Shown: positions 25,609 to 39,297 of the stretch, piece after piece
Numbering within the stretch: the stretch's first letter is position 1
How the letters are laid out: each line of letters starts with the position of its first letter
NCBI GenBank assembly: GCA_964016885.1
Contig: OZ024742.1
Coordinates: forward strand, 74,648,001-74,712,000
DNA: 64,000 nt
Direction: 5' to 3'
DNA from: Eledone cirrhosa
Lineage: Eukaryota
Position numbers and translations under genes: made by a program
Notes under the pieces: generated by a model
Databases searched by the model: none
Told to the model about the DNA's origin: nothing
Seen by the model: the letters and a program-made list of their open reading frames with translations, nothing else

Positions 25609-28600
25609 GATTTCACTTATTGGCCACAAGGGCCGACATATAGGGGACAATACAAAAGACTGGGACAGTGGGGTTTTACAGAAAAACCGAGTAAACAATA
25701 TGAATCTCAATAACAAAATAACAATAACAAAGTAACAATAAAGTAACAATAAAATTACAACAAGAAAAAAATTCCCCAATAGGGGAGATGACCACCTAGG
25801 GTTCGGTCAGGTACCCCACCAGTCCTGAACGACCCGACGCTTCGAGAGCACCCTGGAAGGGCATCCCTCTCCTCCTCAAATTTACCTACCTACAGCCGCA
25901 TGACCAGAGTAGGCCCACTCACACGGGCCATTCTACCCACATTCAGCCACCTTTCAGCAAATGTACTGGGAGGGGGGGAAGCACTTCTCTCTCCACCCTC
26001 ACCTTCCTTTCCAAGTGAAACTTGAAAAAGTTGATGAGGGATTGGCCGAAGAGAAAAGTGTCTGTCTTCAGTCCTTTCAGTCTCGTCCACCATGCGTAGC
26101 TTTCGCTACTGCCACCAGACAGAGAAAAAATTGCCTGCCCTTCCTGGCCAAAAGAAGGCGGCGGATCGATCTTCACTATGGACTCGGCCGATAGCCGGAT
26201 CCGTTCTACACGCGACAACAGCTGTTCAACATAACTCCACAAGTCAGTAATGCACGGACACTGGACGAGTGCGCGCAGAACGTTTTCGTCGCTCTGCGCG
26301 CATCTCGGGCAGGTCCGTCTGACAGCACTTCCGTGTCTGTAGAGTTTATCTCGAATCGGCAGTGCCCCCCGGTAGCACTGCCAAACGAGGGATTTTTGGA
26401 AATTATCCATCGTCCACGGCTCGAAAGTCCTCCGGTACAGACTGGTTAGTTCGACTTCATTGACTCCCAGAGCCTCTCCGAGTGCGTCGTCGCACCCTCC
26501 CACCACTAATCTTCTATAGAACTCGAGAGTGGAAGTTCCACTGACCGCATTGCTCGTCTCGTAGATGGCAGTGAGTGCCTGGCAACATTCCAGATGCCAG
26601 TCACCCAGTTTCGGTCTCTTCTTGACCCAGGACTGCAGCTCAGTCAAAGAAACGAGCTGCGGAAAGGCCCGTCTGACAAACCGCGACCACACCTGTTCAC
26701 CGTTTAGGCAGAATATCTGGAGATGCCGCAGCCTCAGCGCGTGCCTGTGCATCATTAGCCACGGCATGCCCAGCCCTCCACGTAGAGGGTGCTGGCAGCA
26801 GATGGAGCGCCTCACCAGCGGAACCTGACCCATCCACAAGAATTTGAAGAGGAGCGCTCCAAGATGGCGAGGCGCGAACGGGGGCAAAGGACGACAGTCA
26901 GACGGTAGTAGATGACGGACGCGATGTACGCGTTCGCCACCTCGCCCGACCTTTCAGTGATAGCTTCATCCCAGCCCATTTCTGGGTAAGACTGGCTACC
27001 CTGCCTGTCACCTCGTCCCAATTCTTATCCACCTGGAGGTCTGGCCCGAACCAAACCCCTAGCAACTTTACCGGTCAGTCCGTCCCGCGCCTAACGACGC
27101 TGTTGGACGGCATGGACTTGTCTCTCCAGGTGCCGAGTTGCAAGCCCACTGACTTTTCCGGGTTAAGTTTTGCTCCCGTCAACCTTTCATATTCCTCCAA
27201 TAAGTTGCCGACCACGTCGATTTCTAAGGTGTCCGACACCATCACGGTGATGTCGTCCGCATAAGCCGACACAGCCTTTCCGCGTCCCGGTTCGAGCGGG
27301 ATGCCCTGCAACAGCTCCAGCTTCCGCGATAAAGGCTCGAGAGTCAATACGTACAGAAGGGAGGAGAGAGGGCACCCTTGACGGACCGATCGGGAGACCT
27401 GAAACGGTTCCGAGAGGTGGCCATTAATTTTGACCATCGAGCAGGTGCCGCTGTGCATTGCAGCAATCTAGCTTCTGAAGACGGGGCCGAAGCCAGCCGC
27501 CTTGAGGACAGCCTCCAGGTATCGATGGTCGACCCTATCGAATGCTTTCGATTGATCAAAATTGATCAGAGCCCCACCGAAGTCAGGTTTATACCCTACC
27601 CTCTCTATGATGTATCGCATTAGGTGGAGGTTGTCGTGTATGGACCTGGTTGGGATTGCGCAAGTTTGCGCCTCCCGACGACAAGCGCCAACCACTTCGC
27701 TAACGCCCTGGCCAAAATCTTAAACTCTGTGTTGGGCAGAGTTATGGGCCTGAAATTGTCTAATGTGTCCCTCTTGTTCTCGTCTTTCATTATCAGCGTC
27801 ACTACGCCCCGGCTCACAGAACTGGGAATACTCCCGTTTTGCTGCCAGTTGCAGTAGAGGGCTTCGAGGAGATTGGAGAACAAGTCTGGCATATTTACGT
27901 AAAGCTCGTAGGGCAGACCATCCAAACCGGGTGACTTGCGCCTCATGCAGCTGACAAGGGCATCCTGAATCTCGGCTGAAGTAATTGGCCTTTCGCAGCG
28001 CCCAGCGTCAGCCGTCAAGAGTTGCGGCAAGCCATCAAGGTAGGGACGAAGTACGCCACCATCTCTGACCTGCCACTCCCCTTGAACAACCGAGCAAAAT
28101 GTTGGCGAAAGGCCTCACACATCCTCTTGGAATCGCTCAGCTCGTTCCCGTCTCGGTCCGTCAAAGACAGAATCGTGGTTTTATTACCACGCTGCGCCTC
28201 TGCCACGCGGGCCCATCAAACAGCTTTGGTTCCCTCGTTTCTCAGAGCACGCGCCTTAGCTCGACAATGCAACCTTCGTGTTTCGCATTGAAGAAATGGT
28301 CTAATGCCATTCTCGCCGCTAGCACATCAGTTGCAATGCTACTACCAATAGCCTCGTCTAACTTATCTACCAACTCCCCCTCCTTTCTATTTTTCACTAA
28401 CGCTACTTCTTTGCTAAACTCTATCGACATTACTCTAATCTCTCTTTTGAGATCCCCCACCATCTATTGTTGACGACTCCCCCTGTCAACTTTTTCTTAA
28501 CTAAATTGTTGACCTGGTCCCTGTAAGCCTTACGTGCCGGAAATGACATGTTTAGCTTCCAGTAACCAGGTCCTAACCTACGCGTCTTATCTAGGTCGAC

Positions 28601-31465
28601 CATACAGATCACAAACTTGTGGACAGCTTACACTATTTCTGTCTATTTTTCTAATGAATATCCTATCTATATACGATCTAGATGACCCTATGCGGTTAGC
28701 CCAGGCCCACACTGGCGCATTAGGGAAATCTAGTCGGTACCTGTCAGACAGTTGGAACTGGTGATCAGGTTCTTGAGGTTTTTGCACCCCCCGCTCCTAT
28801 CGGATACTCCCAGCGTGCGTCTAAGATGCCGTTCCAGTCCCCCGCTAACAGTAAAGGGCGAGACGTACCCAGAAAGGCTTCCAGGCGTCTAAAGAAGTCC
28901 GGCCGTCCTTCCCCAGTAGGAGCATAGACGCCCACCAGTCTAAAGGCACCACCTTCGTTATTGTTCACGTCCAGGACCACCAACTTCCCGTCCGGGTCCC
29001 GGAAGATCGACCTTACCTCGACATCCAGGCCTTTCCTAAACAGCACTGCCACCCCGCCTCCCATTCTCGGTCGGGAAAGATCTGATAGTCGTCGAAAATG
29101 GGGGCTAGTGCGCGCGTGTCGGAAATCTTGGTCTCGCTGACTGCAATTACACCCATTTCTATAGACCTGAGGTCGTTGTGCAGGTGACCCTGTTCCAGGA
29201 CGATCCCAGGCCTCGAACATTTAAACATCCTACTCTTAATACGGCCATGTTGGCAGGTTAAACAGAGAGAGAGGAAGGTTTACTTACCTTCTGGTCTCTT
29301 GTGAAGGTCGGGTTGTTCGACCTCCATAGTTAGTGGGGTTTCTTTTGGGAACCCCTTTAAAAGTCTTGAAGTGGGTTTTACGTTAGGGGTTCCCACGTCC
29401 CGAGGAAAGTTGTCTCGTATTTCTTTGAATATGTCGAGCGACATTCGCACCAGAACCAAATCTTCCGGCACGGGAAATGTGCTCGATTTAAAAATTTCCC
29501 CCTCTTTTTGTATATTTTCACTTCGTGCTACGAGGGCCATCAGTTCCTTGTTGGCCCTCCTGACGCGCACGAAGTTTTGTATGTTTTGTTGGTGTGATTT
29601 TATTTGTTTGCGTGGCTGTGGTGGTGATGGTTTTGGTGGTGTTGTTTCGGTTGTATCTGTGTTTGTTGTGAGTGCGATGTCTGTGGTTTCAGATGTTTGT
29701 GTGTATATTTGTTCTTGCGTCTGTTTCGGTTGTTTGCGTTTGGGGGATGCTGGTGATGGTGATGGTGCTGTTGATGTTGGTGTTATTGGAGAGATGTTTG
29801 CGTGGGTGGTCTCTGCGTTTTTTATTGTGGGTGCTTTTGTGCTTTGTTGAGTTTTTTTTTCTTTTTGTGTTTCCTTTTTTGTATTTTGGGGGATTTTGGA
29901 TTTTCCTCATCTTCACCACTGGTAGATGAGGGGTCTGTGTCTGTAAGTGTGTTTGTATGTATGTTTAAGGTTTTAATGGTGTGTGTATTTTTGCGGGGAG
30001 CGGGAATTTGACAGCTTTCCTGGTTTCCCCCCTGGGTGGTCAATGTTGGTGGTGGTCTTTCGATTGGTGTTGTTGTTGGTGGTTTTGCCGGTGCTGGTGT
30101 TGGTTGTGGTCCTCGCCCCGGCGTCGGCAGCAGTGGAGCCTTTCGACCCCTTGCCTCTTTCAGCAGTTGAGGGCAGAAGGCTTGCAAATGGGTTTTTTCC
30201 CCACAAACAAAACACTGCGGCCTTTTGCCTTCGGTCAAAATGTGAATGACCGTCCCATTCTGAAGGCGGATGTGGTCCGGGATTGTCTTCACATTCTCGA
30301 GCCTGATCTGGAGAAGGATCTCCAGGTCAACTCTGGACCAGTCCTCTCTGGTCGTTCTGGTCACTTCTATAGGGACTGTATCCTTCCCCTCCACAGTCAC
30401 ACATCCCAGAAGCCACCACATGTCAAGTCCTGGTGGAATTCTGGGAATGCGGAGACGGGCCGTTCTTTTTCCCATGTGGGAGGGGGTACATTAAGACCTT
30501 GCTGGTTTTGCAAGGAGTCATAGCGTGTTTCATAGCGAGGGCTTCTGACTTGAACAACACCGAAATGGTGCCGTACTGTCTGCCCCTCTCTATGTACTGG
30601 GTGTCTTCTCTGATGCACCTCAGCACGACTTCGACATCTTCTTGTGGGATTAAAGCTGCCCTTTTGGTTTGTGCTGAGATGCATCTATAATGCACCGTTT
30701 TGCGCTCCACTACTTCAATAGCTTCTACCGAGACAGTTAAGTTGGCCCAGGTTTTTTCTTCCTTGATGTGCTTCCATGCCTGGGCTAACTTTTCATCTTT
30801 GTTTTAGGGTTCCATGTTGAAGCATGGCTTCTTTTTTGCTGCTGCAGCAGCGAAAGTGTTTTTGTTGTTTTCGTTGGGGGTGTTGTTGTCGTTGTTCTTG
30901 TTGGTGTTGTTGTTAGCACTGTCGCTGTTATCATTGTTGTCTTTGTTGCCACCGTTGTTCTCGGTGCAGTTGGTATTGTTGCTGTTGGTGTTGTCGCTAT
31001 TTGTTATCATGTTAGTGGTGTTGATATTGTTGTTGCATTTGTTATCTTTTTTTTTGTTATCTGTATTTTCGTTGTTGCTGTTACTGTCATTTTTTTCAAA
31101 ATTAGAGTTCTCATTGTTATCATTGGTGTCTTTGTTTACCTTGTTTGTGGTGGTGTTTGTATTATCAATGTGTGTTAATTTCGCTGTAGCGCTCCTCTCA
31201 ACTTCTACGTCGTTGTCGCACGACAGCCGACATATCGCTGGGGGGCGTGGCTCAGCCATGTTTTTTTTTTCTTCGTAAATTTTTTAACATATAAAAAAAG
31301 TTCAAATATTTGGGCCAAAAGGCCCAAATATTATACTTTCCCCTTCACGGGGCAAAGTCTAAGGGCTTATATCCCTTACCCAACAAGAAATATTTAACAA
31401 CAAATAATTTTAACAGGCAAATAAAGCGACTTACTGTGAGCGAGCAAAATACGTCCGCTTAGACC
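25609..31465 (-). mobile_element. Tx1 family B, full length, degenerate
   Basis: 5' end (ATT)n-GGTCTAAG. ORF1 pieces at 31259-29280 with an Asn-rich N-terminus and CFVCGEKTHLQAFC. ORF2 ATG at 29248, YADD in 27075..27458, stop at 25890. Confidence 0.92.
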
Positions 31466-31489
31466 AATAATAATAATCATAATAATAAT

Positions 31490-32492
31490 TGTTTCTACTT
31501 TAGGCACAAGGCCAGCAATTACCCAGTGCATTACTGGTACTTTATTTTATCGACCCCGTAAGGATGAAAGGCAAAGTCAACCTCGGCGGGATTTGAACTC
31601 AGATCGTAAAGGGACGTAACTATGCTGGAAAGCATGGCGCCCGACCCTCTACCGATACTGCCAATCCACCAATAATAATAATAATAATAATTGTTTCTAC
31701 TTTTGGCACAAGGCCAGCAAATACCCAGTATATTACTGGTACTTTATTTTATCGAAGCCATAAGGATGAAAGGTAAAGTAAACCTGGGCGGGATTTGAAC
31801 TCAGAATGGCAAGGGCCATAACTCTATGCGTCCGACCCTCTACCGATACTGCCAATCCACCAATCCACCGCCCAATAATAATAATAATAATGCTTTCTTT
31901 ATTAACCACAAGGGTTTACATAAAATAGACATTAAGGACAGTACAGGACAATACAGGACGGTACAAATGGGCATTTCTGCGTGTAAAAAACAAAAACAGA
32001 GGACGTAACAAAAAAATAACAATGAAAAATTCCCCAATACGGGGGAGACTTCCGAGGGACATTTGTGGAGAGAGCCCATTAAAAGCCACAGTGACTCTAA
32101 TGATAATAATTGTTTCGACTTTTGGCACAAGCCCAGCAATTACCCAGTATATTATTGGTACTTTATTTTATCGACCCCGTAAGGATGAAAGGCAAAGTTA
32201 ACTTCGGCGGGATTTGAACTCAGATCGTAAAGGGACGTAACTCTTTGCGTCAAAGCATGGCGTCCTACCCTCTACTGATACTGCCAATCCACTATTAATA
32301 ATAATAATAATAATAATTGTTTCTACTTTTGGCACAAGGCCGGCAATTACCCAGTGCATTACTGGTACTTTATTTTATCGACCCCGTAAGGATGAAAGGC
32401 AAAGTTAACCACGGCGGGATTTGAACTCAGATCATACAGGGAGGTAACTCTATGCTTCAAAGCATGGCGTCCGACCCTCTACCGATACTGCC
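31490..32492 (-). mobile_element. Four tandem ATT-tailed SINEs (31490-31670, 31692-31873, 32111-32292, 32318-32492) plus a Tx1-A 3' UTR fragment (31892-32097), each separated by AAT runs
   Basis: Each SINE is the reverse complement of 62282-62468. The fragment matches 1078-1295. Confidence 0.93.
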
Positions 32493-32510
32493 AATAATAA
32501 TAATAAGAAT

Positions 32511-35500
32511 GGTTTCTTTATTGGCCACAAGGGTTAACATGAAGAAAAACATTAGAGACGGCACAGAACACTACAGTGGGTTTTGCTCGTGCAAATGCGT
32601 TATAACAAGATAGAAATCGGGATAGAAATAAAAAAAAATTCAAACAACAAAAATTCCCCAAAAAGGGGGAAACCTCCGAGGATCACTCGTGGCGAAAACC
32701 ACACAAAAGACCACGGCCAACCTGACAACCAGGGCAAGCGCCCTCTCTCAGTTTTCCCACTCCTCAGTCTACAGGCGCATACTCAGAGCGGACACGTTCA
32801 CTCGGACCAGACTCGCCACTTTCACCCACCTTTCAACAAACTTACTAGAAGACAGCACTTGCCTCTCCACCCTGATTTTCCTCTTCAAGTGAAACTTGAA
32901 AAAGTTAATCAGGGATTGGCCGGTGAGGAAAGTGTCCGTTTTCAACCCTTTCAACCTTGTCCACCACACAATCTCTTTCGCCATGGCCACCAGGCAGATG
33001 AACACTGCCTGCCCTTCCTCCTTTTAAAGGAGGATGGCGGAGCTATCTGCACAATGGACTCAGTCGATAACCAGATCCGTCCTACAAGCGACAGCAGCTG
33101 TTCGACATAGCTCCACAAGTCAGCAATCCTCGGGCACTGAACGTGCAGGACGGTTTCGTCGCATGGCGCACATCTCGGACAGGCTCGGCTGACAGCACCT
33201 CCGTGCCTGTAGAGCTTATCCCGAACCGGCAACGCTCCCCGGTAGAACCGCCAGGCCAGGGATTTCTGGGAGTTGTCCATAGGCCCCGGTCTGAAAGTTC
33301 TCTTGAAGATAGCGAACAGCTGATCGTGTTCGACGCCAGGGTTTCCCCAAGAACGTCGCCACTCTTTCCCTCCGTTAGCCCTCTATAGAACGCCTAGGTG
33401 GATGTTCCACCAATACTAGTGCCCAGCTGGTAGAGGGCGGTGAGCGCTTGGAGACATTGCAGCTTCCAAGCGCTATCCTTCGGTCTTTTCCTGATCCAGG
33501 ATTGCAGCTCCGTCAAGGAGACTAGCTGGGGAAAAGCGCGTCTGGCAAACGGCGACCACACCTGTTCACCGTCAAGGAAGCACCAGAGATGTCGAGCCTC
33601 AGCGCATGTTTGCGCATCAGCCACGGCATACCTTGTCCTCCACGCAACGGGTGTTGACAGCAAATCGATCGTCTGACCATTGGAGCACGTCCCTTCCACA
33701 AAAAGCGGAAGAGGAGGCGCTCCATTTTGGTGAGAATTGGGCCGGAGCAACGTACGCCGGCAAGGCGGTAGCAAATGACGGACGCGATGTACGCATTCGC
33801 CACCTCCGCCCGACCTTTCAGAGACAGCCTTCTCCCGGCCCATTTCTGGGTGAGAAAAACTGGAGCGAGGTGGCGAGCAGGGTGGCCTCCACCCTGCTCG
33901 CCACCTCGCTCCAGTTTTTCTCCATCTGGGGGTCCGGACCGAACCAGACCCCGAGCAATTTAACCGCCGTCGGACGACATGGACTTGCCTCTCCAGGTGC
34001 CGAGGTGCAAGCCTACCGACTTTTCCTGATTTAACTTTGCTCCTGTCACTGCTTCGTATTCCTTGAGAGCGGTGCCGAGCATCTGGACGTGCTTGGTGCT
34101 CGACACCACCACATTGACGTCGTCGTCGTAAGCTGACACGGATCTCCTGCATCCTAGTTCTCGTGGTATCCCCTTCATCGTCTTCAATTTGTGCAGTAAC
34201 GGCTCGAGGGCCAGTACGTACAAGAGGGACGTGAGGGGGCAACCCTGGCGCACCGAGCGCATGATGCTGAAAGGCTGCGACAACTGACCATTCACCCTCA
34301 CAATAGAGCAGATGTCACTGTGCATCGCAGCGATCCAGTCCCTGAAAATGGGACCGAAGCCAGCCGCCTCGAGGACTGCAGCCAGGTACCGATGGTCGAC
34401 CCTATCAAATGCTTTAGATTGATTCAAGTTGATCAGGGCCTCGCCCGTGTCAGGTTCCTTAACCACCCTCTCTATGATGTATCGCATGAGATGGAGGTTG
34501 TCATGGATGGATCTGTCCAGAATGGCGCATGTCTTCGCCTCTCCCACCAGATCACCGACGACAAGCGCCAATCTTTTTGCTAACACCTTCGCCAAAATCT
34601 TAAACTCTGCGTTTAGTAGAGTTATGGGTCTGAAGTTGTCTATAACGTCCCCCTTGTTCGGGTCTTTTCTTAGCAGAACCACTGCTCCCCGCCTCACAAA
34701 ACTGGGAATGCTCCCGTTCTGCTGCCAGTTGCAGTAGACATCTGCCAAGAGGTCGCCGAACAAGTCGGCATATACGCATAAAGCTTGTAGGGCAGACCAT
34801 CCAAACCTGGCGATTTACCCCTCGTGCAGTCAGACATAGCTTCCCGTATTTTACCTGCTGTTATCGGCTTTTCGCAGCCCTGCACTGCGGTCGGCGAGAG
34901 CCGCAGCAGTCTGTAGAGGTATGCACCGAAGTTCATACTCCGATCCGGCCCGCCGCCGCTCCCGAACAATTGAGCAAAGTGCTGTTGAAAAGCCGCACAG
35001 ATCTGTTCCGGTTCGAGCAACATGCGCCCGTTTTGATCAGACAAAGACCGAATTGTGGACTTGTTGCCACGTCGCGCCTCCACCATCCGGACCCATTGAA
35101 AGGCTTTCGTCCCCTCGTGTCTTAGAGCACGCGCTCTAGCCCTGACAACGCATCCTTCATGCTTTGTGTTGAAGAATTGGTCGAGTGCCAATCTTGCCGC
35201 AAGCACATCGGTTGCGATGCCTGTCCTAAACGCCTCTTCTAGCTTTCTAACTAACTCTCCCTCTACTCTATTTTCCTCTATCACTACTCCTTTGCTAAAC
35301 GTTATCGATTCTACTCTAATTGCCATTTTCAGGGTGAACCACCACCTGTTGTTGACGATTGCACCCGTCAACGCACGCTTAACTAATTCGCTAATCCGGT
35401 CTCTGTAGGCTTTGCGCGCCGCGAACGACGCGTTCAGCTTCCAGTAGCCGGACCCTTGCCTATCGAGTCTATCTAAGTCTACTCCACCGTGTAGTCGACT

Positions 35501-36610
35501 ACTTTAAATTGTGGATAACCTACACTAGCCTTATCTGTTTCGCTACAGAATACCCTATCTAAATACGATCTGAATGACCCGATGCGGTTTTCCCATGTTC
35601 ACATTGGCACATTCGGATAATCCAGTGTATACCTGTCAGACAGTTCAAAACGTTTGAGTAGGTTGTTGAGGCTTTTACACCCTCCTGCCCCGTCTACTAG
35701 CCCCACATAATTCCAGCGTGTATCTAAGATACCGTTCCAGTCGCCCACTAACATTAAAGAGCGGGACGTTCCAAGAAAGGTCTCTAGACGTCTGAAGAAA
35801 TCTGACCGTCCTGCTCCTGTTGGGGCGTAGACGGCTACTAGCCTGAAAGCATTGCCTTCACTGCCGGTCACGTCCAGCACCACCGACTTACATTCTGGGA
35901 CCAGGAAGATGTCCCGTATGGCGAGATCCAAGCCTCTCCGAAAAAGCACAGCAACTCTTCCTCCCGATCCTGGACGGCTGGGAGATGCGTATACATCGTA
36001 GCCACGGAAGATAGGTGCGAAGGCTCGTGCTTCGGAGATTCTGGTCTCGCTGATGGCCACCACATCTATGTTTAGTGACCTGAGGTCATTGAACAGGTGA
36101 CTCTGCTTCCAAGATGACCCCAGGCCACGTACATTTATACTGCCTATTCTAAATACGGCCATGTTGGATGAGGAATGGAGTAAGTGAGAAAGGATCACTT
36201 ACCTTGATCGTGTGGGGAAGGGACAGCAGAACCATCCCTTCGGCTGGTCATGGGTGTCTCCAAGACGATATCTTTATAGATTCTCTTGGAGCGTGACCCC
36301 CTGAAATTGTTGCTGTTGGGTGAATGTGTGCTTTGTTGTGTTTGCGATGTTGGTGTTTTTGATAATGTTGGTGGTGGTGTGGTTGTTGTTGGTGGTGATG
36401 CTTGTGGTGGTGATGGTGGTGGTGTTGCTGCAAGTCCCCTTGCAGTATTTATCCTTCTTTCTTTGCCTTCGCTTTTGGACGGAGAAACTGTAGTGTTTTT
36501 GCGTTTGTTCTTTTTGTTGAGAACCGTTTTCCACTCCTCAGCCGCCTCATACTCCATGTCCGACAGTGAGAGGTCGGGGAGGGGTATGAGTTCTACCCTC
36601 TCATTTGTCC

Positions 36611-36669
<59 letters not shown>

Positions 36670-38158
36670 GGTGGTGGAGCCTTGTCTGCGGTTCTTGGCA
36701 CAGGTGCAGCTAGTGCAACTGTTTCTGTTGCTGCAGCTCCCCCCGCAGTATTTGGTGTGGGTTCCAAGGACGTTGTCTTACTACATTCTGTAGAAGCTCC
36801 CGACTTTTTCGCTGACTGCTCTGATTCTGATGGCAGCGGTTCCGGCGTTGGAAGGAGGGGGACATTGGCCTTTGTTATTTTCTGTGAGCAGAAATCCCTG
36901 AGGTGAGATCCACAGTTGAAGCACTTTGGACGCCTTCCTTCAACAGATATGGGAAGTTGGGAGCCATTCCCGAGGTCTATTACGTCGGGAATAGCGCCGA
37001 TACAGTCCTGGTCGGTTTGGATGAGCTTCTCCATTCCAATACCGGACCAGTCATCTCTCCCCAACTTCTGTACCTGCAGAATGGTTGTTCTATCTTCGAT
37101 GCCCGCAAGAACAGAAACGACCAGCCAAGGCACGGGTACGTAGGGCGGGACCTGGGTTACGCTGACCTTTGAAATTTTTTCCCGCAGTAAAACGTGACTA
37201 ACATTATGTCATCACTCCGTAGGGTCTTCAGTGAGTGCGATTTTGCTTCCTGGGTGGTAGCAGAAAGGACGTCCATAGTAGCATATTTCTTGTCACGGGT
37301 GATGTGGGTTTTCCTTGCCCACACAATTCCCAAGGCCTTCAGGATTTGGACCTCCGAGGCTTTCTTCACACGACGCGATTTCATGGCAATCGTGCGGTAC
37401 GACACCGTGCGTCGCTCTTGCTCCTCCAGGAAGTCGGTTGGTGGTTTCAAGGACACTGAAAATTCAGTTCTGGTTACCACGTGTCTTGCGACCGCCATAT
37501 GCTCCTCTGTGATCATGACTGTTTCTACGTTGCGAGTCACCTTTGCAAAAGAGATGGTCTCTTTTTCAGTGGCGTCATTGTTGCCGCCGCTACTGCTGCT
37601 ACTGGTCTTGTTGTTGGTGCTGTTGTTGTTGTCACTGCTACAAACGGTGTTGTTGGTGTTGCTGCTGCTGCTAACACAGGTGTTATTGTTAATACTGCCG
37701 CTGCTGGTGCTACCTCCTTTGTTGTCAAATGCATCAGCAGTAACCGCTTCACGACCGCCGCTTGATGAAGAAGAGAAAGAAATGGCGTTCGCCTGACTTT
37801 CACTATGTGATGATGAAGAAGACGAAAAGGAAAGCGAGACTCCACGCTGACAGCTGAGTGAAGAAAGAGAAGGTTGAGAAGGATACCTTGCTGAATGGGT
37901 AATTTTTGTGTAGATACATGGCAGAGAAATAGATTTTTTGAATGACGCATTTTTGGGGGGGCGGGTCGTATTTGCTAAATGCAAAGTTCAAATTGGAATT
38001 TAGCCCCGAAGGGCTAAGTACCGATTAATTTCGACCACTTCAAAAGAAGCGGGGTGTATTTAAACACAAAATATAATTTTTTATAATAAGTTCACAATAA
38101 AAACTATTCAAAAATCACAAATTTACGGGAACAAAATTTCCTGCGATTGTATACTTCC
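32511..38158 (-). mobile_element. Tx1 family C, full length, degenerate
   Basis: ORF1 pieces 37157..37984 and 36195..37133 (CFNCG...HLRDFC); ORF2 ATG at 36162, stop at 32769; AAT at both ends. Confidence 0.92.
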
Positions 38159-39297
38159 AAAATAATAATAATATTCTTAATAATAATTAAAAAATTCTTA
38201 ACCATGCACAGAATGCATCACCCTAAGGCAGATACAGATAGAATATACCTCCCTAGGAAGGAAGGGGCATGGATTAATCCAGTTAGATATTTCTTTGAAA
38301 ACTGCAACAATTGAATTATCTACATATCTAAGGGAAACGCATGATTGGATGATCAAACTCGTTTTGAAACATGAAAGCACCAAAAGATCATACTCCAAAA
38401 GATGCACATAGATACAGTAATGAACTACAAATTTCAGAAGTACCATTTACTGCTGAAATGAAAAACAAAATGATGAAGGGGAAGAACTTTCTAAATCTTT
38501 GTACCCTACTAGCATCGTACTGATGATCAAAATGAAGGTGAAGCACTGCCTTTTTATGATGGGTACAAGTGGTAGTTTACCAGCAGCCTTTCTGTATATC
38601 ATGTTGTAGCTTCTAATGCTGCTTTCCTATCTTTTTAATTTTTTATTTCTATCTTCTTGTTAGGAAGCTTCTAGGATGTTTCTGCTATAAAAATGCACTA
38701 TATATGTTTTAAGCGCTGCACCACCACCTTGAAAATGTTCAGCAATGAAGCCTTGATGAGTATACTGCCAGGATTACCTTATGGTTCTTAATGTAAATTA
38801 AGCATTATATACTTCGAAACTTCATATATATTCAATACTTAGTTGCAGATACAAATGATACATTTCTTTTTGTAAATAATTTGCTTTTAAAGCAACCCCT
38901 ATGCAGGTAGCTAAAAGCAGCTACCCTTTATAAAGCTCATAAATTTAGAAAAGTATTTTCAGTCTAAAGCCTTTTGTTAATTCTTTATAGTTAGTTTGAA
39001 GAAAAGAACAAAAAACAAACAAAAACAAACAAAAAATAAACAAATATATTAGATCCATACTGTGCAATGGAGATATAGTAATAGTAATAATAAAGTATGA
39101 AAATTTAGTCGTCCCAAAGCAGATACCTATAATATTGATCACTAGTAATAATAGCATTAGGACGACTATATTTTCAAATTTCAAATTTCCTATGATCAAC
39201 TATTATATTATACTTATCTTCATTGCGACGACTTTCAAATTTCTCATCTGCATGTTTATGATAATAAAGTAATAAAGATAGCAAATGCGATACTCAC

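Noticed and set aside
30804-30806. Stop-codon readthrough in family B ORF1 (CCC TAA, frame continues)
   Set aside because: Seen in a single copy that has many other lesions; a point mutation is the simpler explanation.
38190-38800. Possible Tc1 transposase remnant
   Set aside because: Only faint motif resemblance; no TIRs or DDE motif could be established by eye.
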